The notes beneath the pieces were generated by a model. That model did not search any database, was not told where the DNA came from, and was given only the letters and a program-made list of their open reading frames with translations. The position numbers and the translations under genes are program-made. A stretch of 41,910 bases of DNA, taken from positions 1 through 41,910 of the forward strand of contig NIVC01004563.1 of NCBI GenBank assembly GCA_002269645.1. Direction: 5' to 3'. Below, in pieces: positions 22,404-34,148 of this stretch (its first letter is position 1; each line of letters opens with the position of its first letter). Source of the DNA: Macrostomum lignano. Lineage: Eukaryota.

Positions 22404-24430
22404 ACTATACAGAGCTTGTGCCTTTTCGATTAATTCTTATTCTTTCACTTCTGTATGCATATCATTAAATTTTTTTTACATGTCGCTACTATAGTACCCG
22501 AAGTAGAAGAATCAGGATGAAATGTTTCATTTCTTAGCTGAATATTTTGAAAGTTTCGAGTAGTACCGTAGGAAATCATAACTCACAAGCTATTAAAGTT
22601 GATTTAGTGCCAATGAAAAGATCGAGTTCTAATAGAACAGAGAGAGACAACAAACAGAACTTTGCTGTTTTTCTTTGTTTATTTGTGAATGTTTTTCTTT
22701 GCTGATTTCTTTGTTTTTTTCGCTTTGTTTGCTAAAATTTAAAAGCCATGCTTTCCTCGAATGTATACATTGGCTAGCTAAGCCAAACCAAACAAACAAC
22801 CATATTAAGTTGACTATGCAGAGTTGTCATCAACGGACTGTGCGCACTGATGAACTATAATTAATTTGACTCTAATCTTATTGGGCATACATAATTCTAC
22901 AGCAATATCTATTCACTTTTACAACTTTCACAGCTAATGTGGTAACTGCCATGTGCATGTGCGATGTGCCATGTTTTTATGATGATGTTTGCATCGCTTG
23001 TTTACTACTGCTTATATCAAGCACTTCATAAATTTTTCATAATTATTTGCATTGTTTGTATCAGCGTTTAAGCTTTGGAATTTATTTCTATTAAAGTACT
23101 TTTGTCATTTTAAGCTATAATAATCTATTTGCAATTATTTAAGTGCAAAAGAGTATCTTTACAGTGCCAATGGCTTTAAGGAAGTGGACAGAAATGCAAA
23201 GCCAAATTTCGGGAAGAATGGAACTTTCACGAGCATTTTAAAAAAACCTTATTACATATAATTTTCTTTAACTTTAGCTATAAAGATAGATAGATACCGA
23301 CAGACCATTTTTAGTATTTAGCTATAATTATAGAAAAAGACTTTTCGCTGAATTTGCCTAGATTGTTGCTGGATTTGCTTTTGCCGATATTGTCCATGGT
23401 GAATTTCTGTTGCCAAATTTGTGAGCATCCATAGACATAGACATAGATAAGTGTTTGTGTCTCAAAGACTAGTTTTGGCCAAAAAGCAAACAAATAAATG
23501 TAGGCCTATGCAAGGAAATAAATATTGATAAACAGTTATAAACCTTTTATTAATTAGAAAGGTAAATCTAATTAGGCTTCTTTCTTTTATATTTTTCCTA
23601 AAATAGAATAGTAACTTGAATTACTTGAGATAAGTCATCTTATATAGTATATATACACTTTCTAGCTGTATTATTGATAATAAGTTCATTATTTATCAAT
23701 TATTTAAAATCTATATTTATCTGTTCACTGTTGCTGTTATTATTCTTCTTTTTTATATTCTAAAAAATATCAAATTAATATGGGGCCCTTATTATAATTA
23801 ATGGTAAATGTTTCTAAATAGAATATATTTTTTTAAATCAATATCAATTGCTTATTTAATTTTGTCATACAAAAGGATGTACCCATTTTTGGAGATTTGA
23901 AAATAGATCCTAAAATAATACTAAAGATATAAAGTCATATCTTATTTTCAATTTTTATTCTAGTAAAAAACTATTTACCTAGCTTTATATGAGTAGGCCC
24001 TATATATACATGTATTGAAAATTTAGGTCATTGGTACTGATACAATAAACAACTTAGTAAGCAAGAATCTTTCAAATTTTCATGAGAATATTAAAATTAT
24101 AAAAAATTTATAAAAAATTATAAATTATAAAAAGTTATAAAAAATTAATCAAATTTATTGGTATTGCAATGAGTAACTTACTAGATAGATAACAAAATTA
24201 AAATATGCTTTTTAAGTAAGAATTGTTATTTAGCCTATAACATAAGTTTGAAACTTGCAATAAACTAGAAGCATATAGCCCAAGTAATTGAAGACTCTAA
24301 GTAGCCTACTGCTAGTAGTTCAATGCTATTAGAAATGTAATAAGCATAAATTTGCTAAAATTTTTGTTCATATTTTATTTTTTTATATTACAATAATATT
24401 AAAAATCAAAGTACATTGTATGCACTTTAG

Positions 24431-24791
24431 CCAACAATCCGCTGGCTTTTTCGCACGTCGGCCTGGCTGCCAAGCAAAGACGATTGGCGCCTCTGCCTCA
24501 GCTGCGTGTCGGCCGAGGAGCGTCGGCATGTCGAGCAGTTCCTGCACCGACGCGACAGCAAAGCTGCTCTCGCCAGCCGCCTGCTGGCCCGGCGTTTCGG
24601 CACCTCGGCCACTGGGCTGGACAATTCGCAGCTGACCGCCTGCCTGCAGCGCAGCGACAAGGGGCGCCCGTTTCTGGCTGGCTTTGAGGCCGACTTCAAC
24701 ATCAGCCACCAGGGCGACGTGCTCATTCTGTGCGGTGTCTGCGGGCCAGGGCTCCGTGTTGGCTGCGATGTGATGAAGGCCACCCTGCCCA
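24431..24791 (+). CDS. AASDHPPT: 4'-phosphopantetheinyl transferase (Sfp-type, AASDHPPT), first coding exon; no genomic start codon
   Basis: CACTTTAG| PTIRWLFRTSAWLPSKDDWRLCLSCVSAEERRHVEQFLHRRDSKAALASRLL...GRPFL...FNISHQGD...VGCDVMKATLP; donor CCC A|GTGCGT. The frame is closed upstream by the acceptor TAG (24428-24430). Confidence 0.9.
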
Positions 24792-24831
24792 GTGCGTAAT
24801 TCTTTATTAGAAATCTCAACGATTTTGGGGT

Positions 24832-24965
24832 GGGGGGCAGAGCAACTGACTGAGCGGTAAACGCGTCCTACTCTTAGGCCACCCCTGGAGCCCACAAGCC
24901 AGAGAAAGTGTACATGCCAGACGATTCAAAAGTCAGGGACGCTGTACACCCTGTGTGAACGGCTC
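24832..24965 (-). repeat. Dispersed repeat family B, copy 3 (AASDHPPT intron 1)
   Basis: Reverse complement reads TTCACACAGGGTGTACAGCGTCCCTGACTTTTGAATCGTCTGGCATGTACACTT. Confidence 0.65.
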
Positions 24966-24980
24966 TATGAGTGCGTGACA

Positions 24981-25497
24981 AGCTTCAAAATCCCAAACTT
25001 CACAATCCCCCAAGCTTCACAATCCCCAAGCTTCACAATCCCCAAGCTTCAAAATCTCCAAGCTCCACAATCTCCAATCTTCAAAATCTCCAAGCTTCAA
25101 AATCTCCAAGCTTCACATTCTCCAAGCTTCACAATCCCCAAGCTTCAAAATCTCCAAGCTTCACAATCTCCAAGCTTCACAATCCCCCAAGCTTCACAAT
25201 CTCCAAGCTTCACAATCCGCAAGCTTCACAATCCCCCAAGCTTCACAATCTCCAAGCTTCACAATCTCCAAGCTTCACAATCTCCAAGCTTCACAATCCC
25301 AAACTTCAAAATCCCCAATCTTTAAAATCTCCAAGCTTCACAATCCCCCAAGCTTCACAATCTCCAAGCTTCACAATCCGCAAGCTTCACAATCCCCCAA
25401 GCTTCACAATCTCCAAGCTTCACAATCTCCAAGCTTCACAATCTCCAAGCTTCACAATCCCAAACTTCAAAATCCCCAATCTTTAAAATCTCCAATC
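24981..25497. repeat. ~15-16-bp minisatellite CCAAGCTTCACAATCT in AASDHPPT intron 1
   Basis: Direct reading. Confidence 0.95.
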
Positions 25498-25596
25498 TAC
25501 GCAACTTTAACCCACATTCTGCTCCTCATTCAACTACTCGTAGTAGGCAAGTCAAGCGCATTTTTAATCTAATATTTTCCAATCCGAAATCAACAG

Positions 25597-25721
25597 GAGG
25601 CGAATCGTCTGCCGAGTCGTTCTTCCGCATCATGCGCCGTCAGCTGACTGAGGATGAGTGGCGCTTCGTCAGGTCGCATGGCGGGGACTCTCAGCAGCTG
25701 GCTGCGTTCTACAGGATCTGG
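25597..25721 (+). CDS. AASDHPPT: AASDHPPT exon 2
   Basis: CAACAG|GA: (R)GESSAESFFRIMRRQLTEDEWRFVRSHGGDSQQLAAFYRIW |GTGAGT. Confidence 0.95.
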
Positions 25722-25831
25722 GTGAGTGCGGATGCGCCATGAGAGCTGTGTAGCGAGTTCTTTTGTAGGAGCGAAATCTTCCCTGAAATCATTGGTAACC
25801 TTGTGTCACCTATTTTTATTAATAGTGCCAG

Positions 25832-26215
25832 CCCCTGACACCATAATTAGTGCAATTTCTGACACCCTAATAAGTGCACCTCTGACACCCTAGTTCGTGC
25901 ATCTCCTGACACCCTAATTAGTGCCAACCCCTTACACCCTAATTAGAGCATCTCCTGACACCCTAATTAGAGCACCTCCTGACACCTAATTAGTGCATCT
26001 CCTGACACCTAATTAGTGCACCTCCTGACACCCTAATTAGTGCCAACCACTGACACCCTAATTAGAGCAACTCCTGACACCCTAATTAGAGCAACTCCTG
26101 ACACCCTAATTAGTGCACCTCCTGACACCCTAATTAGAGCATCTCCTGACACCTAATTAGTGCATCTCCTGACACCCTAATTAGTGCATCTCCTGACACT
26201 CTAATTAGTGCACCC
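25832..26215. repeat. ~24-bp minisatellite CCTGACACCCTAATTAGTGCATCT in AASDHPPT intron 2
   Basis: Direct reading, about 16 copies. Confidence 0.95.
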
Positions 26216-26252
26216 CGTGACAATTTCTGCAGTTTCTAATGCTTGTCCGCAG

Positions 26253-26624
26253 TGTCTCAAAGAGTCGGTCGTGAAGGCCACAGGCGATGGGATCGGGTTC
26301 AGCCTGTCCCGCCTGAACTGCCAGCCCGACCCCGACTTCCTGTTCGACGCCGCAGACCTTCCTCTCACGACCTCGCGATCCATCGTGTACATTGACGGTT
26401 CGGCGAGCTCTGATTGGTTGTTCGAGGAGCACCGGCTGCCTCTGGGTCACGTGGCCGCCGTGGCCTGGCAGCGCCGCGGTGGCGGGGCAGGCAGTCACGT
26501 GACTTTAGAAGCATTCACAGAACTGGCGCCTCTGTCCAGCTCAATATGCGATGGTCTGCAGCCAATCACTGTTTCCCACGATTCCGAAATGAGCTATCAA
26601 AACTTTTGCAATAAACCTGCTTAG
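26253..26624 (+). CDS. AASDHPPT: AASDHPPT exon 3 (terminal)
   Basis: CCGCAG| [15 protein letters not shown]...[17 protein letters not shown]...FCNKPA TAG; completes the FYR.W.LKES..KA.G.G PPTase motif. Confidence 0.95.
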   Translation, partial: CLKESVVKATGDGIGFSLSRLNCQPDPDFLFDAADLPLTTSRSIVYIDGSASSDWLFEEHRLPLGHVAAVAWQRRGGGAGSHVTLEAFTELAPLSSSICDGLQPITVSHDSEMSYQNFCNKPA

Positions 26625-26815
26625 TGCTACTTATAGTAGGTTTACAGGCTTGAACTGTAGAACCCGCATTTTTATAGACAAAACAAATAAATGTAAATTA
26701 GTTTTAATTGACGTACTGAGCTTTAAATATCAGATTTCTTTAAGTTTGTTGCATCATCATTTTGTTAGAGGACGAAGAGGAAGAAGAAGAGGACTAAACA
26801 CACAGACAGGACGTG

Positions 26816-27267
<452 letters not shown>

Positions 27268-28334
27268 CCAGCTCGTATATTTTGTCCCGCCAATAAAAAG
27301 TGCAATAAAAGCCGGTCTCCAGCAAAATCTGGATCAATTCTGTATTTCTCTACTAAAAGCGAACCGACTGATAATTTTGCTTTCAAGCATTTTGCTATAT
27401 TTAAATTGAGTATCAGTCTATTCATGCAGCAAATTTTTTTAATTTTCTAAATATAACTGAGTAAGAAACTTTCAAAGAACTTGTGCTTTTGTAAAAATCG
27501 GATTTTTTTTGCTAGAATTTGTCCACTGAAAAACCCTATTAATCAGCGCTATTCGATCTGGTTGAGAGAACACGTAAATGCACTAGCAATACGACAAATA
27601 TACGTTCCCCGTTACCGGCATGGGGTCATTTCTAAGAACCCGTTTCTTCGCTACAATTGATTTGTGAACTGTGTGAATTAATATACATGTAAGAGATATT
27701 TAAGTGGTTAACAAAGTTTTTTTAAATGGCTACTTACATGTACATGTACATGTAATACAACAACTTTTGAATGTAAAAAAATTTAAAAAAATAAAATAAT
27801 AATATAATAATATGTATAATCATAATATAAAAAATTAAAAATCAAAAAGAATGCAAAAGAATGCATGTGATAGTATATACCTTGTCTATCCGATTATTGA
27901 ATGCTTGCAAGCACGTTTGCTAAAAAGTTTTTATCTGTTTCCAATTTTTATTTTATTTGTTTGATTATTTGTTTATATATTTAATCATAATTAGCTTATT
28001 GATTCAACCTGAGTACCATGCTGTACACGTAGTAATTACTGTTGCTATTTTGTTTCTTCTTTGCCAACTTTATATTTTATTGGTATTCCAAGAAACGCTA
28101 GTAGGGCAAAATAAGGGATGCGCGCCTGCAACGTTCTGCAGCTTCAGCCTCCCTAGAGACAGCAGTCGCGCTCTTGTTTTCCTATTGCACCAAGCAAGCA
28201 TAAGCGTATAATAAAAGTACTTTTGCACTTGACCGCGATTCAACCAGCGAATATTTAAACTAATACGATTTCATAATTAAAATGTTGCAGGCAGGCAGGC
28301 ATCTCGAAGATGAACATTTTTCTAAAGCCAAACT

Positions 28335-28578
28335 TCACAAAACTTGCTGCGGCAGCTGCTGTTGGTTCTCTTTCCGCTTCTGATTTGACTGGTAGCGCCT
28401 CAGCAGGCAGAGTTCGAGCAGCTCCACCGCCACCGCGCAGGTGAGGCCGAGAAACAGGCTGGACAGACCGCCAATTTGACTCATCAAGGCGCTTAATCCC
28501 AGCGACAGGATCTCCGTCTTTTGCACCGTGTTTCTCGACTGCCGACGGATCGTGACGTAGGCAAAGTTGGTGTCGTCT
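28335..28578 (-). CDS. DEG/ENaC (amiloride-sensitive) channel, exon 3 (TM2)
   Basis: CCTCAG|A DDTNFAYVTIRRQSRNTVQKTEILSLGLSALMSQIGGLSSLFLGLTCAVAVELLEL...QQVL TGA; CTAAC branch site ~29 nt upstream; IGG...LFLG...ELLE TM2 signature. Confidence 0.85.
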
Positions 28579-28724
28579 CTGAGGAATGTCCGAATTGGGA
28601 GCTGGTGTTAGCGAGGCTGCATTGCAGAGGGAGGGGGGTGGGGCACTCCAGCACATCAAAGGCGACCAGCAGTCAGGCCCATTACGCTGATCCCTGAGCA
28701 CTCGCATGGATAAGTACCCAGGCA

Positions 28725-28770
28725 CTCGCTTACACAGGGTGTCTCTAGCAGCCCTGACTTTCTGATCCTT
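28725..28770 (+). repeat. Dispersed repeat family B, copy 4 (ENaC intron 2)
   Basis: TTACACAGGGTGTCTCTAGCAGCCCTGACTTTCTGATC. Confidence 0.5.
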
Positions 28771-28984
28771 CCCGCAGTGTTAAACATGGGGGCATGAAAG
28801 GGGACAAGACGTCTATCTAGACGTTAATTTTACATTGCATCGACGTTTAGCCGACGTATGACGTCATTTTCCGTCGATGTAATGTAAAAGTAAAAGTACA
28901 GCCGAAGTCGCTGGCATCAAATCGATGTACGCTGTACGGGAAAGGATCTGCATGTAAAACAGCCCTCTCAGTACCAGTTGTTAC

Positions 28985-29868
28985 TTGCACCCAACTATAG
29001 CCAAAGCAGCCTCTAACTTAGGCATCACTTGGTCCAGAGTCTGTTGTTTCTCCTCCGCCGATTCGTCAAAGCCATTCGTGCCACCGTCTGCCGACGCCGC
29101 CTTGGTGATGTTCGCAGTCTCGAAGAACGTCTTCATGGTTACGCTGGCCTGCTCCAGTTTTTCTCTCAATCGGCGCTCTTCGTCTGGCGGCAGGCCGCCC
29201 ATCTCCAGCCGCTTGCTGGCCTCGTCAAGATCGCGGAAGCAGCGCGAGTGCTGCATCAGCCAGTGCAGCTGCCATTGAGTTGCCCGCCAGACAGTCTTTG
29301 AGGCCACCGTGTCAAAGTAGTGAAAGTGACAGGGCATCAGGCACACGCTTCTGCTAAGGCGCTCCCGCTCGGAGTCCAAGTTGAGCCGATTCAGGCAGTC
29401 AATGTTGGCCAGCATCTTTCGCATGCCGATGCGGGTGTCTCCGCAGTACGGATGGCTGCCGTTTGGCACCGAGGAGCGCAGGTATTTGACGTAGTGACAG
29501 CCGCAGCGTTCCAACGCCAGCTTGCCAAGCTCCTGCCTCAGGCAGGCCTCGTACGAGTAGGCAAACTCTTCGTCCAGGTCGCGAATTTTTCGCTGACTCG
29601 CCGCCTCGGCAGACATGCAGGCGTCGGCTGGGCTGTCGACCTCGGCCCAGCGCTCCGTCTTGTAGCTGATCTCGACTAATTTACCCGGCTCCACGTGGAT
29701 GCCCTTCAGAGTCGGCTCCGGGTAAGTGTCGTTCTCGTGCACCTCTAGCCGAATGCCGTCGGCCTGTTCGAAGATGTCCTGCACAAAGGCCTCCTCGTAC
29801 TCGTTTGGCACCGCGCTGGAGACGCGGAGCACCAGAGTCAGCCAGTCGATGTCTCGCGGAGCTTGCAC
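28985..29868 (-). CDS. DEG/ENaC channel, exon 2 (palm and Cys-rich thumb)
   Basis: GIRLEVHENDTYP...GIHVEPG...YSYEACLRQ...CGCHY...PYC...C...CLMPCHFHYFDTVASKTVW; phase-0 acceptor AAG|GTG at 29868; phase-2 donor AA|GTAAC at 28985 (alternative GG|GT at 28991). Confidence 0.85.
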
Positions 29869-30326
29869 CTTTGAGTAGGTTGTATGGAGTTGCCTGTGAG
29901 AAACTCGGTTTACCCTCTTTTTTGGTACTTTTAAGGTACTTTCACTGACTTCCTAGTGCAACCTACTCAACGAACTGAAAGATCCACCGAATTCTCTGAT
30001 TGGCAGAGCAAAAAAAGTTTTAAAAGATCTTGACCCTAGTTTTAAAAAGTGCATCCGGTAATTTCACTTATAGCTTTAGTCCAGCTAAGAAATGCCGTCC
30101 ATTGTAAAACAGGCAAACTTTTTGTTTTCTATAATGTATGCAAATGCCTCCACTCCAGGTCATTCGGTGTACAAAAGTCTAGCTAGGCGCCCAGATGTTA
30201 ATTTATTACATGCACACGGGCGGTCTGTAATTCAGTTCCCGCCGTTCGCTCCCTCCAGGTGAATTTACGACCTCATGCCACAGGTGTGTAACAGCCACAT
30301 GTATAGGCGATCTGCAATCAAACTAC

Positions 30327-30908
30327 CTGATAGCAGTTGAAGTAAGACGGCAGGCTGACTCGCTTCAACAGCAGGCTGCAGTCTTTCCAATTGCTGATCT
30401 CGACGAACGGCCCGACACCCGTGACGCAGAAGATGAACAACTGCGGCACAGAGAAGCTGAGATTAACGGCATCGTTGTGCTCTAGCGACTGGTAATAGAC
30501 TTTCTTGGTGTCGCTCGCCAGTACGTTCTCCGCCATCAAGAACTCGCTCGAATTAAACAGCTGAAACGCTGTGCGACGCAGTTCGTGCGAGAAATTCGTT
30601 GGCGAGAGAACCCGTCCGCTGCTCCACAGAGTCGCCGCCGTCTTCGAGAAGGGATAGTGACTGCAGATGGTCACAGCCGGTATCGCAATGGTGGGGTCGT
30701 TCAGGACGATAGTGGTCTGGATGATGGTCTTGTACTGCAGGTAGTCCTTGGCGATGAAGCACACGCAGGCAATGAGGGCGGCCGCCATCAGGCAGAGGTA
30801 GCCAGCCCAGATCGCCCGCAGATGTCGAGTTGGCGCCTTGACCAGCCGACCGGCTCCGCGCAGCGAAGTGCTGCTGCAGAACTGCTGGAAAACTTCGTGG
30901 AAAGTCAT
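30327..30908 (-). CDS. DEG/ENaC channel, exon 1 (N-terminus, TM1)
   Basis: GCC ATG TFHEVFQQFCSSTSLRG...IW...DYLQY...IPAVTICS...YFNCYQ|GTAGTT; FC..TS.xG, TM1 and PAVT.C motifs. Confidence 0.9.
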
Positions 30909-32573
30909 GGCTCAGCTACCCTTTTTTCGCGATGCTCTTTCGCACCTTCAAAGGTTCTTTATTATTATTATAAGGTCCCAGATCTGGTTCCGCAGGGAAG
31001 AAGCATTTCACGACCGCGGCTGCTGCGACGGGGCCTGCATCGTATATAAAACAGTCCGCCTTGCCCACCCCCGCATTGGGCTCGGCAGCTGCATAAGCCG
31101 AGCTTTTGGCGAACGCTGAGTGGCCTGCAGATCCCAAGCTATAGGGAAGAAAAGGCCGGAATAGGGAGGAGAGTACTGCACTGGTGACCAATCTCAATCA
31201 GCTGTTGAACGCGTGGCTCATACTGTAAATCCTCATCCTTGTTCCCTGCTAAAGCAAATTGAAATACAACCGCAGGGGAAGCGAAGTTTGGCCAACTTTT
31301 AATCCCACTAGGAGCGTTTCGCAACCTCGAAACGTAACAAGCTCGAATCAAGTTCACAAGCTCGAAAAGTGTCACTAACCACTTTTGATAGCTCACAACT
31401 CACACGATTTCGAAGACATGGAATTCCAAGCTTGCAGAATTCACTCATAAATTGTGGATTAACTATTTACTGAAATACTGAAAATCAATGTACTTTTTTG
31501 CAGACGGAGTTCAACAGACTCTTGTTGAAAACTTCTGCGTTTAATAAAATTGATTGAATGCTTCTTTTTTAGACTTTGGGTGCAGTTCATCTATTTTATC
31601 TTCAAATTGATACAGCAGACTATCCCCAAGGACTAATATTACCCGAAGAATAATTCAGATTCTGTTTGATTTCGCACTCAGGAATCCCTTGAGGAGAATT
31701 CTACTTCGTCACTACGATCTCAACATGCAATTTTCAGAGGGTTTCGCCAGCTCCGAAAGACGCCTGATATGATGCGTGATTTCTCGAGAAATTCAATTGA
31801 AATATAGCTATTGGCCCAATCGTTACAAATTGATTATAAAACATCCATGGCGACATCCATGAATAACTAAATGCATAACTATATTAATTTCAAATTGGAT
31901 TAATAAAAGTTTATAAAAAAAACAATTTCGCAAACATCTGCAGCTTCCTTGCAATCAAGTGACTGGACTTACTGTCAGATAATGATAAATGATGGGCATT
32001 CAAATATAGGTTACGGGTACCGTCGACTTTTCACGAAGATGCATCCAACGTCTAACTGAACCAGACTGTTGCAACTAAATGCATACATGTAGCTTAGCGC
32101 CATATATCTCTTCACTATCGTAGTGTAGCACAAAGCCTGTCTAAGCAGTGCAGACACTCACTATAACCATTAGCTAGCCGAACTGGGCCCAGCCTCAATA
32201 GTACAAATTAGTGCAAATTCATTTCAGACGTCATCATTCTTCATCTTGGTCCGGTGGAATTTCGTACTGGCATTACAGCAGAAAGCCGGCAGGCCAACAA
32301 AACAAAAAAGTTTCTGGAACAAAAATAATTGAACTTTAAGTCCGGTTTTGTAATAATTGCCGCTCGCATTCTTGCTAACAGAAAACAATTCGTCATTGTG
32401 CCAGAAAATGCAGTAGCCGTAGGGTGATTTACTGAAAGCAGCGACTCTGTTGAAAAGTCCAACATAAAACTTCTACAAATATACATTAAAGGGGTTTGTG
32501 GTAGTGCATGTGTACACATTCAGTTTACGAGTGGTTCCTGAAGGTCTGTAAAGCATAGTTATTAATTAATTAT

Positions 32574-32847
32574 ACATCTGCCCTAATGGGCAGATGTGCA
32601 ACCGACAGCTCAGCCGCAGCTATTGCGCGGCGCATCTGAAGGCTGCGTACGGCTGTTCAGTCCAAGGACTGGGCACCCTCAATTACCCCAGCTAATGCTG
32701 GCACCCATTTTACAGCTGGGTAAGCTGAAGCAATGCAGAGTTAAGTGTCTTGCTCAAGGACACAAACTGTTTCGAGTTGAGCCCAGAATCGAACCCCCGA
32801 CCTTTCAGTCGTGAGTCTGACGTTTTACCCACTGGGCTACAGCCCCC
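32574..32847 (-). mobile_element. Near-complete tRNA-derived CORE-SINE
   Basis: Minus strand: GGGGGCTG, A-box TAGCCCAGTGG (32839-32829), B-box GGTTCGATTCT (32795-32785), CORE domain, 3' stem-loop ACATCTGCCC-ATTA-GGGCAGATGT, AT-rich tail. Confidence 0.9.
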
Positions 32848-32865
32848 TTGTGCATAGAAGTATAC

Positions 32866-34148
32866 CCTGAAGTTCTGTAGGTTCAAAGGAATGTCTCGAT
32901 CAGAAAGGTCTGTAGGTTTAAAGGAATGTCTCGATCAGGTCTGCAAGGTTCAAAGGAATGTCTCGATCAGAAGTTCTGTAGGTTTAAAGGAATGTCTCAA
33001 TCAGAAGTTCTGTAGGTTTAAAGGAATGTCTCAATCAGAAGGTCTGTAGGTTTAAAGGAATGTCTCTATCAGAAGGTCCGTAGGTTTAAAGGATGTCTCA
33101 ATCAGAAGGTCTGTAGGTTTAAAGGAATGTCTCAATCAGAAGGTCTGTAGGTTTAAAGGAATGTCTCAATCAGAAGTTCTGTAGGTTTAAAGGAATGTCT
33201 CGATCAGAAGGTCTGCAAGGTTCAAAGGAATGTCTCAATCAGAAGGTCCGTAGGTTTAAAGGATGTCTCAATCAGAAGTTCTGTAGGTTTAAAGGAATGT
33301 CTCGATCAGAAGGTCTGTAGGTTCAAAGGAATGTCTCGATCAGAAGTTCTGTAGGTTTAAAGGATGTCTCGATCAGAAAGAAGGTCTGTAGGTTCAAAGG
33401 AATGTCTCGATCAGAAAGAATGTCTGTAGGTTCAAAGGAATGTCTCGATCAGAAGGTCTGTATGTTTAAAGGAATGTCTCGATCAGAAAGAAGGTCTGTA
33501 GGTTCAAAGGAATGTCTCGATCAGAAGGTCTGTAGGTTTAAAGGAATGTCTCGATCAGAAAGAAGGTCTGTAGGTTTAAAGGAATGTCTCAATCAGAAGG
33601 TCTGTAGGTTTAAAGGAATGTCTCTATCAGAAGGTCCGTAGGTTTAAAGGATGTCTCAATCAGAAGTTCTGTAGGTTTAAAGGAATGTCTCAATCAGAAG
33701 GTCTGTAGGTTCAAAGGAATGTCTCGATCAGAAGTTCTGTAGGTTTAAAGGATGTCTCGATCAGAAAGAAGGTCTGTAGGTTCAAAGGAATGTCTCGATC
33801 AGAAGGTCTGTATGTTTAAAGGAATGTCTCGATCAGAAAGAAGGTCTGTGGGTTCAAAGGAATGTCTCGATCAGAAGGTCTGTAGGTTTAAAGGAATGTC
33901 TCGATCAGAAAGAAGGTCTGTAGGTTTAAAGGAATGTCTCAATCAGAAGGTCTGTAGGTTTAAAGGATTTCTCAATCAGAAGGTCCGTAGGTTTAAAGGA
34001 TTTCTCAATCAGAAGGTCCGTAGGTTTAAAGGATTTCTCAATCAGAAGGTCCGTAGGTTTAAAGGATTTCTCAATCAGAAGGTCTGTAGGTTTAAAGGAT
34101 TTCTCAATCAGAAGGTCTGTAGGTTCAAAGGAATGTCTCGATCGGAAG
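32866..34148. repeat. 34-bp minisatellite AAAGGAATGTCTCAATCAGAAGGTCTGTAGGTTT (with 38-bp variant), ~37 copies
   Basis: Direct reading. Confidence 0.97.
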
